DNA of 59,434 bases, the filler included, from Circinaria calcarea (taxonomy: Eukaryota), in the NCBI GenBank assembly GCA_051942165.1. It is 8 parts of 8 records of this genome, joined end to end, with 100 filler letters (N's around TTAATTAATTAA, not from the genome) between each part and the next. Parts side by side here need not be neighbours in the genome. Positions count along the whole stretch, not along the records: positions 44,665 to 51,999 come from JAVECS010001361.1; positions 52,100 to 59,434 come from JAVECS010001362.1; 6 more parts are not named here. One strand, written 5' to 3'. Positions 49,833-59,434 of the stretch are shown here, piece after piece. Made by a program: the position numbers and the translations under genes. The notes beneath the pieces are model-generated. The model saw only the letters and a program-made list of their open reading frames with translations, did not search any database and was not told the DNA's origin. Positions within the stretch are counted from its first letter, which is position 1; each line of letters opens with the position of its first letter.

Positions 49833-50597
49833 TTATACTGATTTTGGGTTAGTGGAAAGTCGGGTATTAACTAGATGATAAGATAATACTTCTGTCATAC
49901 CTATTGATGGTGCATCTTTGTTGTCCAGGAGTGCTGTACTCTTTCCCTCAAGAGCCCTTAATTGGCTCGGGCTCAAGATAGTCCTTTCATAGGCGAGTGG
50001 GGGCGATGTCTCCAAAAGAACCGTGCTCTTTCCCTCAAGAGCCCTCATCTCGCTTGGGCTTCTCAGAGTAGTCTTTTCGTATACCGATGGCGTCGCCGCC
50101 TCTATCGCAGCAGCATGCTCGCTATTTGCATATGAGGGTGGATCAACAAAGCCCAATCCTCTATCTGGTAGCGCTTCCATAGTTATAATCGCATTCTGTA
50201 CTCGTCTATGTGCAATGTCTAGCAAGTATTGTCGGGACCCAAAATTATCTTTCTTGTTGTAGACCCATTCAACCCGCTTTTTAAGGGAAATGAAGTTATC
50301 CGCTTCCTTCGCAACTCTGATTGCTTCGAGGGATCCGCCGATGTCTAGAGCCACTTTATCAAGATCCTCGATGTATTTTTCAATGCGTGCTTGTTCAAGT
50401 GTAGGATTACCATCTCGTCGAAATTTGCGATTGCGCAGCTCACGAGCCATATGAATATCATACTTGATCATTCGCAACAACTGTAGGCCGATGTCGAGGT
50501 CTTCTTTCACGTTGCCTAACTTCCAGATATTTGTCGTCAAAGTAAAGCCAGCGTTCACGACAGCTAACGAGCTTGCGGCGACCTCGAGCGGTGTCAT
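49833..50597 (-). CDS. Protein with an N-terminal HeLo-like/SesA-type helical domain and a duplicated C-terminal motif
   Basis: MTPLEVAASSLAVVNAGFTL hydrophobic first helix and SLKKRVEWV motif; C-terminal repeats YEKTTLRSPSEMRALEGKSTVLL / YERTILSPSQLRALEGKSTALL. Confidence 0.65.
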   Translation of the reverse strand: MTPLEVAASSLAVVNAGFTLTTNIWKLGNVKEDLDIGLQLLRMIKYDIHMARELRNRKFRRDGNPTLEQARIEKYIEDLDKVALDIGGSLEAIRVAKEADNFISLKKRVEWVYNKKDNFGSRQYLLDIAHRRVQNAIITMEALPDRGLGFVDPPSYANSEHAAAIEAATPSVYEKTTLRSPSEMRALEGKSTVLLETSPPLAYERTILSPSQLRALEGKSTALLDNKDAPSIGMTEVLSYHLVNTRLSTNPKSV

Positions 50598-50752
50598 TGT
50601 CAAGCTACATAGGAAGAGGAGGAAGCGATCGCGGGATTGTCTGGACTTCTGGACCGCTCTGAGCGGAAGCCTGGGCTGTCGTCAGAAGAATAGGTATTTA
50701 GGCAGGTTCCTGGGGTCGATAAGCACTGCGCCAAGGCCGAAAGGGGGGTAAT

Positions 50753-51274
50753 AGAAAGGAGGTACATTACAGGGAGGGCGCTGCTGTCTTCAATCGGCTC
50801 AACGGTCTATACCGGAATGTATAATAAAGGCTACTGTAATACTATATGACACTATGCGTGTAGAGAGTAAAGAGGCAGCAGAAGAGAAGTGAAAACCGTG
50901 TGTAACGTGTGGAGGAGAATGCTCGGGGGATCGCTGAGATGTAGAGCGAAAGGTGCGCCCAATTAACGTTGTAACATTCGCTTGGTTTTAGCTATTTTGG
51001 CAATGCCGGTTTTTTAAGGTAATATAAAGCGGCATTACCGAAATAACCAAAAGCAAGCGAATATTACAGCGTTAACTGAGCAAACCTTTCGCTCCATATC
51101 TTAGCGATTCCCCGGCATTCCCACATCGTACACACATTTCACACATTTCACACACATCACAGTGTTTATAGCATTAACATAATATTTCAGTAGCCTTTAC
51201 TCATAAATATATTCCAGTTATACCATAGAGCCCATTGAAGACGTAGCGCCCTCCCTGTAATATATCTCCTTTCT
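50753..51274. repeat. Imperfect fold-back (long inverted repeat) of about 520 bp, centre near 51019
   Basis: Outer arms agaaaggaggtacattacagggagggcgct / agcgccctccctgtaatatatctcctttct; inner arms about 50918-51010 / 51027-51120 pair with mostly transition mismatches. Confidence 0.9.
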
Positions 51275-51400
51275 CCTGGCTTAGGGCAATACGCCTAGCT
51301 TTTATTATATACCGGGGCGAAAATTAAATACTGGACGACACCCCTCTTTCCCCCCCCCAAACACGGAAAGCTTGGCGAGACCCCCCCAAGTCAAAGGGGG

Positions 51401-51552
51401 AATGATTGCGAGTTCATTATGAGAGGAGACCTCGTTAGAAACCGGACAAGGCAATCTGCCTGCAGGCTGTGCAGCGGAACCACCATCCAGTCTATTTTCC
51501 TGCTCGGGGGGAAGGAGTCGGCTATTTAGACAGGGGGTTCCCCACCATAGAA
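51401..51552 (+). repeat. Direct repeat, copy 2 (copy 1 at 45546-45668)
   Basis: Same blocks as copy 1 plus about 40 extra bp bounded by cctgc microhomology. Confidence 0.88.
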
Positions 51553-51999
51553 GACCACTCTATTCATGGATTCGAGTGCAGTGCATAGGTGATCTCAATT
51601 TAGAATAAACTTCGCAGCGCGATTAGCCTTTACTCAGCATTTATTCTTTCAGCTATGGGATAGAGCTGTTAACCTCACCGGATCTCAGCCTAGCCGACTA
51701 GGTACCGTAAGTTCGATGGAGTACCGATAAGTGTCGACTTTTAAGCCAGATATACGAATGGAGGCTTATTCCCACTGCAAACTAAGATACTGAATTAACC
51801 CTTCCAGTTGTTCATGCTATATTATATCTACTTGAGTTAAGAGAAGTTGATTGTTCATAATCGTCATTATTGTCCCCCCCTTCCCCTTTTCCCTCTTGGC
51901 TCCCTGCGTTTCTCCGAGTATAACTAAGCGAAACCATCGCTGGCGAACCTCTCATTCCTAATCCCCCGGAACCATTCCTCCCCTTCCTCCCTCCCCTTC

Positions 52000-52099
52000 N
52001 NNNNNNNNNNNNNNNNNNNNNNNNNNNNNNNNNNNNNNNNNNNTTAATTAATTAANNNNNNNNNNNNNNNNNNNNNNNNNNNNNNNNNNNNNNNNNNNN
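52000..52099. other. Artificial contig linker
   Basis: N44-TTAATTAATTAA-N44. Confidence 0.98.
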
Positions 52100-52500
52100 T
52101 GGACTCCCTCCACGCCAAAGCCGCCGAACTCTGCAACTCCATCGCACATCTCGAAGCCTCGAATGAAGAACTACAAAGCTTTGCAGATGAGGGTGATAGG
52201 GATTGCAGGGAAGCTATCGAGGAGAACAGGCAGGTTATTGGGAGTATGGCGGAGAGGATCGAGCTGCTGAAGAAGGAAGTTGAGGGGAGAGGGTTCTTGT
52301 GGGAGGGAGAAAAGGAAGATAAGGATGGAGATTCGAGGATGATTAACGGAGAGGCTGTGGGGACTCAAGGTCGTGCTGATGTGAGTGGTTCGACGGCGCC
52401 GGAACGAAATCGAGGGTTAGGGGACGAGGAATTAGCGAGGCGGCTGAGGGAGAGGATGGAGGCTGAAAATGAAGATGAGGATGAGGGTCTGCATTTGTGA
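52100..52500 (+). CDS. 3' part of a small fungal coiled-coil protein (5' cut by contig edge)
   Basis: Open from the edge: SLHAKAAELCNSIAHLEASNEELQSFADEGDRDCREAIEENRQVI...EDEDEGLHL*. Confidence 0.7.
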
Positions 52501-52869
52501 TCCGATACGAGAAACCATCTATGGACGTGGAGCCAAAGCAAATCATTGCTTGTCAATGTGAATATGGAAGCGGAACATGATTGTCGAAATTTATACAGGG
52601 TTGGTGCCGTAGGTAAATGTCATTTACTGCTTTGTGGTTGCTAACATACTGGCTTAGGTATCATCAGATAATACGATGTGCGAATACCACAAAGTACTCA
52701 TTAAAATCTTCTGATACATCAACTATCTTATCACGAGCTTTGGCTCTACATACGAGACATGTTGGGCAACCCTATGTAGGTACCAAAGGTAGTCTACCAA
52801 GCTCAACTTATCTTTAAATGCAAACCTGCTACACACGGTCACATTCGTAACCGCCATTGCCCGAAGGGC

Positions 52870-53690
52870 CTTAGCTTATGCATGGATGAGAAAGTCCTTA
52901 TATCCGGGGAAGTAGGCATCAGCGATGTCCCGGTGTGACTGGCCAAGCCGAATACTGCGTTGCTCTACATATCAAGAAGCGACATCACATTCAAAGTCAG
53001 CTTAAAATGGAATTCTGCTCAGCTCTTCAAGATCTACCAGTGCTTTCGAGCGCCAAAACGCATTTGTGAAACCGTTGTTCGAGTGATCAACGGGTGTTAG
53101 TCTAGCCAAGCCAAGCTTGTTCAAAGAACCAAGGTAGCTACAGAGCTGCTCAACTGGCAGAACGTCAATCCCATTTCCTTCAGCCAGTCCAGAAGATACA
53201 AGTTTTGCTTCGGGAACGACGGCGACCATTACGCAGCGCTGCATATTATCAGCACGGCAAACTTGACGCATTACACGCGTAGGAGGTTCATGGTTGACCG
53301 TTCCTGTACCGGTAATATCATTGCGATATCCCATGCACTCAAACGTCATTTCACTATCTTCTTTCGCTAGGATGCCAATCTCTTCCTCGTCCGCCTTCAT
53401 TATTTCATCGTTCATGTTGAGTAGTCCCTTATCTATATCAACTCCATTAGATTTCATCTATGAATTATTTCTCTCCTTTGCCACAGATTCTGCGTTCATC
53501 GCTATGAACTGGTTTCGGATCCTATCAAGCATCTCCTCATGCGATTTAAAGTACTGATTGACCGTGCTCACAACTTCCTTGTTGACTGCTGGTGCTTCTT
53601 CATCGACGGTTGCTGCTCCTTCTTTGATACCGGGTACCGGGCCTTTCTTAGCTGGCGGCCTCCCAGCACTGCTTAGAGTGGTTCGTTTCT
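52870..53690 (-). pseudogene. Possible gene remnant, family unknown
   Basis: A protein-like frame continues on both sides of ORF 53002-53457 through isolated stop codons. Confidence 0.3.
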
Positions 53691-53976
53691 ATTTCGAAGG
53701 GGAATGGTGGGTTACGAGAAGCTGGATACTCAGATTAAACCACACTCGAAGGACAAAGGCTTAGGAGCCCTGATCTAAAAGAAAAAATGCTACGTCTAGG
53801 AAGTGGCAAAAGAGTGTTTTGCTGACTTTGGTTTGTTAAAGGATGGGAGGAGGAACGTAATACGACTAGCATGGCAAATAAGATTACAAAGCTTCGGCAT
53901 AAAATTCTTGAATACCGATGCAGGTCTGCCGGTCTCGATGCTCCATTTAAGATTTGAAATGGCAATAAAAAATGTC

Positions 53977-55048
53977 TTATTCCAGACGAGCAGAGGCCTC
54001 ATTTGCTTCGAGAAGAAGCCTAACCACGTCACAATAGCCGCCTGCAGCAGCCAGATGTAGCGCCGTGGACCCCTGAGCATCACGGGCATTAACAGGAATA
54101 TCTGAACTCTCCAATAGCAACCGCACAATAGAAAGGTCGCCCTTCTCGGCAGCAACGTGTAGGGCCGTCTGACCGAGATTATTCGTCGCCGCGAGCCCGA
54201 TGCATTTGTTCTTGGGAGAGGTGACCTGGGGTTCCAAATCCGCGAGATTCGGGTCAACGCAAAACTCGGGCTCCGTGTCACGATAGGGCCAATTTGTCGG
54301 CAGCTCCACGTTCTCGGGTGGTGGGGTAGGCTCTAGGAATCCCAGTGTCTACCGAGTAATCAAAAACTCGCTCGTAACGTTGGAGATCTGGGAGACGTGA
54401 GGGACAAACGCACCTGATCCGTACAAATCACGCTTTCACATTCGGCACCCTGGTCGGAGTGATCGGGAATCGAGGCAGCCTGGCTCTTATTCAAGCGATA
54501 CGGTGGTCTGAATGAGGGATTTTGCTCTACTGGCGCAGACCAAGAATCCTGGACTAATTGCTCAAAGTCACAATCTTCTATTTCTGAGTTCCGGATGTTG
54601 CTATGATCATATGTGTACCTAGACGGCTCCACGGAGCGCACACAGGCCGAGTTATTCGAGGTAAGCGTATCGCTGTGATCATGCATCAAGGCTGACTTTA
54701 GATCGTCGAGGTGGTCTTTGGAAACTCGCTTGCTCGGGTTGGGCGGTCTCGAGCTGACCGGAGAGGGGACGTGCTTATGGCGTTGGGAACTCAGCTCCCG
54801 GCCGAGCATTGGTTGACCGTGGCTCCGGTATGCTGCCATGGTGGTGGTTAGCTCTTCGAGAGCTTGCAGACGGTTCTTGACGCCTTGACCTTTTGTCGAT
54901 GTGAGCTGCTTTGCGAGAATACGCAGGGGGGTGAGCCTTGATGAACTTTTGACTGACGGTATTTCTTCTGAGCCACCCGGTTTTGCTCTTTTCTTCGCTT
55001 GGACACGCCTGAAGCATTCGGGGAGGTGGGTTCAAGGCGTTCCGCCAT
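53977..55048 (-). CDS. bZIP basic region plus ankyrin-repeat transcription factor (bANK, ToxE/Aps2-like architecture)
   Basis: KRRKEQNRVAQKKYR|QGVKNRLQALEEL; two GT-AG introns join in frame; ankyrin repeats GQTALHVAAEKG and GSTALHLAAAGG. Confidence 0.85.
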
Positions 55049-55740
55049 GGCGGAATGTCCGGCGGAGTATCTTTTCGTGATGGGGGGGTGTTTCAACCAC
55101 ACGGCAAACGGAAAGGCACGAGCTTTTTGATATATGTGACAGCACCGAGCAGGATATACCGCGAAGATGCGAAATATCAGCGTCGTTGGAACACCCAAAG
55201 CCCTTTGCATCTGATATATGAGACGGTAGGAAATCTGCGATTCATTGGGCCGATTATCGAGGTTTTCGCCGCATCGTTAGAGGGTACCTAAACTGCAATC
55301 TACGTCATATCTCTATCTTGCCCTGCATGCACGCTGTCGATGCAATTTCATATTAGGTGATCGGATTTTTTCGGTGGGAACTAGAGTCTATAATCGGCCG
55401 ACTGAATATGCATGAAACGATGTAACAACAGCGAATCGCTGCCTCGCACCACCGAAGATGCCCATCCTCCAACACTAACCTCTTGCCCATCATCCCCTTT
55501 TTGACTCCTATGCCCCTCCGGCCCTTTGATACGCTCTCACCACGCGTCCTCAGCCAGCCTTGGAATCTTCTCACCGCCCCGGCAACCTTTCTGGTATTCA
55601 TGCTGCCGGAGGACGCTGCAGTAAAAGTGTGAAAACGGCAACTATCCATTGGCAAGCTTCTACTATTCTCTGTACTAACAACTCGTTATCCTGAAACTTC
55701 GTAATAGTGGGGCCTTGGTCATATCCCATACTTCATAGGC

Positions 55741-55842
55741 TGTTGCTCTAGCGGACCGAACTGTGCCAGCCCAGTCCCACCAATCGGAAAGGCGTCGGCA
55801 TCATGCTCTTGATTTTGTGGAACGCGGCTCGGTCCGCTTGAG
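55741..55842. mobile_element. Hairpin/MITE-like element, third family member
   Basis: ctctagcggaccga / tcggtccgcttgag inverted ends; tgttgctc and cggtccgcttgag are shared with 26108-26220. Confidence 0.45.
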
Positions 55843-57801
55843 TCTAAGAGATAGAGCTAATCTGAGACTTATCCAAAAGCCTTATAGACTGTGCGTGCCT
55901 GGATATGACCTGATCTCCGAGAGGGCCATATAGAGTACTAAACTGTTGGTCGGATGGGAAATTGTTCATAGCTCGGCGTTAGTAGATCAATGCCTGGTTC
56001 AGTTAAACCCCGGAAAAGCTTTGCTGTTTACTTTTAGTATTTCGTATACATAACCATTTGAACCAATCAGAATTAGGAAATGGAGTTAAAATACCTGAAA
56101 ATTTTAATAGTCTGAGTGAGGATTCAAATGAGTTTAGCGCCCGAGCTATGCACAATTTAATTAGATATTTAAAGCCACGCTAAAGCCACTAAATATCCTG
56201 GTCAATTAACTGATCTTACTGGTAGACAACGAGTTTCTTACTAGCGTAGCTTTAACAGCTGATACCCATCTGACCAAAGTATAGCTCATGGGCTAAGCAA
56301 CGTGCTAAAAGGGTAATTCTGGCTATGGCTTCGGCGCCGAAGAGAAGGTAGAAAATAAATAGGCGCGCATATATGTGACAGCCACCGCTACGCCTTTCTG
56401 CAGCCGAACGTAGCCCATGAGAAATATGCATGCTTTTCAACTTCTTGTTAGCGGCATAAGCCTTAGGATTCTGAGATTACCGAGTACCAAATAGTATATA
56501 CTGAACCAATCAACCTGATCGAGCTTTTCGTCGGGCTGTGGCTTCATGTGAAGAACAGTGTTGCCTTATTCGGAAGGGGTGTAGGAGGTTCCATGGCCGA
56601 TTATTCGATAATCTACCATCCTATTTACTCTATAGTTCTGTGTCGGAAGAGAATCATGGGAGTGCCAGGAAGAGTCGGATGGGCCAAACCCCGTTGGTCC
56701 CACTTAGAGTGTACCACATTAAGAAGATAACGCGCCTTGGTACTTATTAGTTTGGAGGTTTCGGTGAAACATCGCTTTATGCTTTCTTGTCGCCAACTAT
56801 GTTGTCGTATATGCATTCGCCATACACATTGTCGTTCAATCGCACAGCTTATATGTTTTTAGTGATTTTTTGCTATATATGGCTCTACTCCACTATGTTT
56901 AGTACTATGTCGCCTGGGAGAGCCTCCGTGCTCGAGAGGTTAACACAAATCTTGAGGCTGTAGGCGGGAAGAGGCTTCGGTTGGTTGAACTCTTTATGAC
57001 CTGACATTGAATGCCAATGGCAACTAAGTCCATGTAATACTTCATTATGCGCCATTGTAGGTGTACATCGAAAATAGATACCGAAACTCTCAGGTCTTCC
57101 TCCCATGGCTGAGGAGCATGTACGCAGGAGCGGATCGTCGCTGCGGAGCTAGCTCCATTTTTTAGTTTATCAACTCAGCTTGGTCGGACCGTCGGAATCG
57201 CACTAGATCAGATCAAGTAGAGATAGTGATAGGCTCACGTGTCGTGCAATCCCTTTGTATAGTGGGCAATCTTCGGTCGGTGCCGGCTGCTCAATTGATC
57301 TAGCAGAATGCAGAAGAGTATTGTCCCGCATAATAGTGATAGCGCCGTCCTTTAGGTCGCAAATAAGCAGATACATCCGATGGAAGTTCAAACTGATGAG
57401 CACCCTCTTGAGACGATAGCTCAGATTCATCTCAGTGTTGATATCCTGTTGATTTAATTCCAGAGGAAGACGTTGATAAACCCCTTCTTTTACCGCTAGG
57501 GCTGCGGCATCGTTCCGGCCGATCCCTGGATTTCAGGGTCCAATTTAGGCCTTCCGGCCCCAGCCCGATCCGAATCACGCTAAGCCTAAAGAGTGACCAT
57601 GGGGACGTTTTCAACGTTTTTTAAAGGCTTATGACCCTTACATAGATAAAGGCTGCGTGTTACATGACGATTGCGCCCGTGCATCTGCCATAAAGACCTG
57701 CTGCTCCGCTAACCCTTCACATCTCACCCTTTAGCAACAACACCTCCTCATCCGACAAAAATATCACTCACAGTCGCAAAACAGGATTCCATCCAGACAG
57801 T

Positions 57802-58129
57802 ATGAATCAACAACCCATGGGCAGTCAACCTGCGGGGAACAAAGACTACCTCGACAAAGGTAAATCACATCGTAATCCTCGATCGCGCACATGGCCGCTA
57901 ACCGTCTCCCCCTCCCCATCCGCAGCCCTCGACTTCATCGAGAAGAAATTCGGCGGCGCCCGCTTCAGAGACCCCAATAACCCACAGAATCGCGCGATGA
58001 ACGAGAAGATCACGGATGGGATCAGGAAGATTGTGGAAAAGCTCACCGGGTATACTTCGTACCTCCGATACTACGCTTCGTTCTAATTATTGGTATAGAC
58101 GCAAGGCGCCGGCAAAGTTCTCCAACTAG
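57802..58129 (+). CDS. Small hydrophilic fungal protein (about 70 aa, 3 exons)
   Basis: MNQQPMGSQPAGNKDYLDK|ALDFIEKKFGG...NRAMNEKITDGIRKIVEKLTG|RKAPAKFSN*; two canonical introns. Confidence 0.8.
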
Positions 58130-58690
58130 GTCTCCGAAATGCGATACCCCGTCGTGGTCTCTGTCAACGCCGCTTTTCCTTTGTCGAGTTTTCTGCTTTG
58201 CAACGATACCACAGGGTCTGAGGCGCTTGTTTAACTTGTGTTTGATGGCGAATGCATGTATTTAACTAATACGAAATCTGAACTGCGCTTGTTGTTCTTC
58301 TGACTCTTGGTGTTGCAAAATGTGATGCTTCTAATCGTAGCACTTTTCCCTAAGGTAAAGACCAGTGAGTGATTGTCGCAATGGCACATTGATTAAGATC
58401 CCATTTGGCATGAAAGTCATTACTTCACAATATCCATACTACGAATAGCCTCTAGTAAATAACACCTTGGAGAGCTGCGACAATCATGATCGAAGCTTTC
58501 GTAGCGTCCACCGGTTTATATACTTCATTCATTGCATCATCTATCAAAGGCCTCCTGCTGAGGTCATTCATTGGTCGTTCCATTGATCAAATCTCAGAGC
58601 GCCATATGAGCAGACATGCTCCTCCCATAACCTTCCTTGCATCCAAATGAACTCCTGTACGCTATGCTCGCATGTCGGCCGGACGACCGC

Positions 58691-59434
58691 CTACTGGGCT
58701 GGAACGATAGTGCAAGCGCCGGCGGCCGCATCAGCAGGAATGGTGCCGTTCACAATCCAGATATCGATCAACGGCTGCATAGGCTCCGTATCCTTATCTG
58801 AGAGCATCCCGAAGAGCTTCGCAAAGGTAATGAAATGGGCGAAGCTCGAGTTCAAGTCTGTCCATCCATACGCAGAAGCACCTTCCGTTGACATATGCCA
58901 GAAGGGGTCGATCCAGTGGGCGTGATAGAGGTGAGCGTAGACGCGGAAGAGCTGGCGGAAGATGGTTTTAGTGTCGTTGAAGAAGGACTCTGGGAAACCT
59001 GCATTCTTTCCAACCCAGTCACGACCGGAAAGAGTGGAAAGAGGAGTTGTGAGAGTCGTAGGGCCCATTGGGATTGGAGTAGTTGAACCCGGGGTATTGG
59101 TGCCGGAAGAGGCGAATATAGCAGGCGAGCTGGTCACTGGATCAACGGGGAAAGCGCGAGGGTCACTGAGTTTGCCAACGATCCAACGCTGCACCAGGTT
59201 GATGTATTGAGCTGCAGGCACTTTGACGGGGTTCTTGTGACTGTCAAGCCAGGTGTAGGTATGGGAACTGGTGGAAGTCAGACGTGTGAGCTGAGAAGAA
59301 TCTTACCCTTCGGGTAAGATCGACTGTGGAGTAAATTACCTGCCAGCGGACATAGTGGGGCAACACCTCGGATTACAGATAGCCAACCCAGTCTTGCCGT
59401 CAATCTCCTGGATACACTGGACCAAGTTCTCGAT
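58691..59434 (-). CDS. MOB2: MOB kinase activator (MOB2-type), 3' part
   Basis: CCPTMSAG|SHTYTWLD...VPAAQYINLVQRWI...FP, TIFRQLFRVYAHLYHAHW, DLNSSFAHFITF; 5' end lies beyond the window. Confidence 0.88.

Noticed and set aside
7349..52099. Regularly spaced TTAATTAATTAA palindromes as a biological repeat
   Set aside because: Always embedded in N44 runs; an artificial linker.

Overview
Eukaryotic (filamentous ascomycete, intron-containing) DNA. The window is not one locus. It is eight contigs of 7348, 7348, 7347, 7347, 7337, 7337, 7335 and 7335 bp, sorted by decreasing length and joined by artificial 100-bp linkers (N44-TTAATTAATTAA-N44), so linkage only holds within a contig. Housekeeping genes: TPT1, RQC2, OST4, RPL26, a MOB2-type gene, a PsuG-PfkB fusion and a GT25 glycosyltransferase. 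Other recognisable genes: a bZIP-ankyrin factor and a Clr5-TPR gene. RIP-like decayed repeat DNA carries remnants of a pogo/Fot1 transposase, a fungal-type kinase, a JmjC domain and a SET/post-SET domain. The best candidate system is in contig 3: a HeLo-like effector gene ending in two HET-s-like amyloid pseudo-repeats, arranged head-to-head with a decayed NACHT NLR whose first exon carries one repeat in the same register. Contig 7 holds a second candidate module (Hsp70-like gene, divergent partner, HeLo-like gene, 520-bp fold-back) bracketed by direct repeats. All family calls come from reading motifs by eye; no searches were run.
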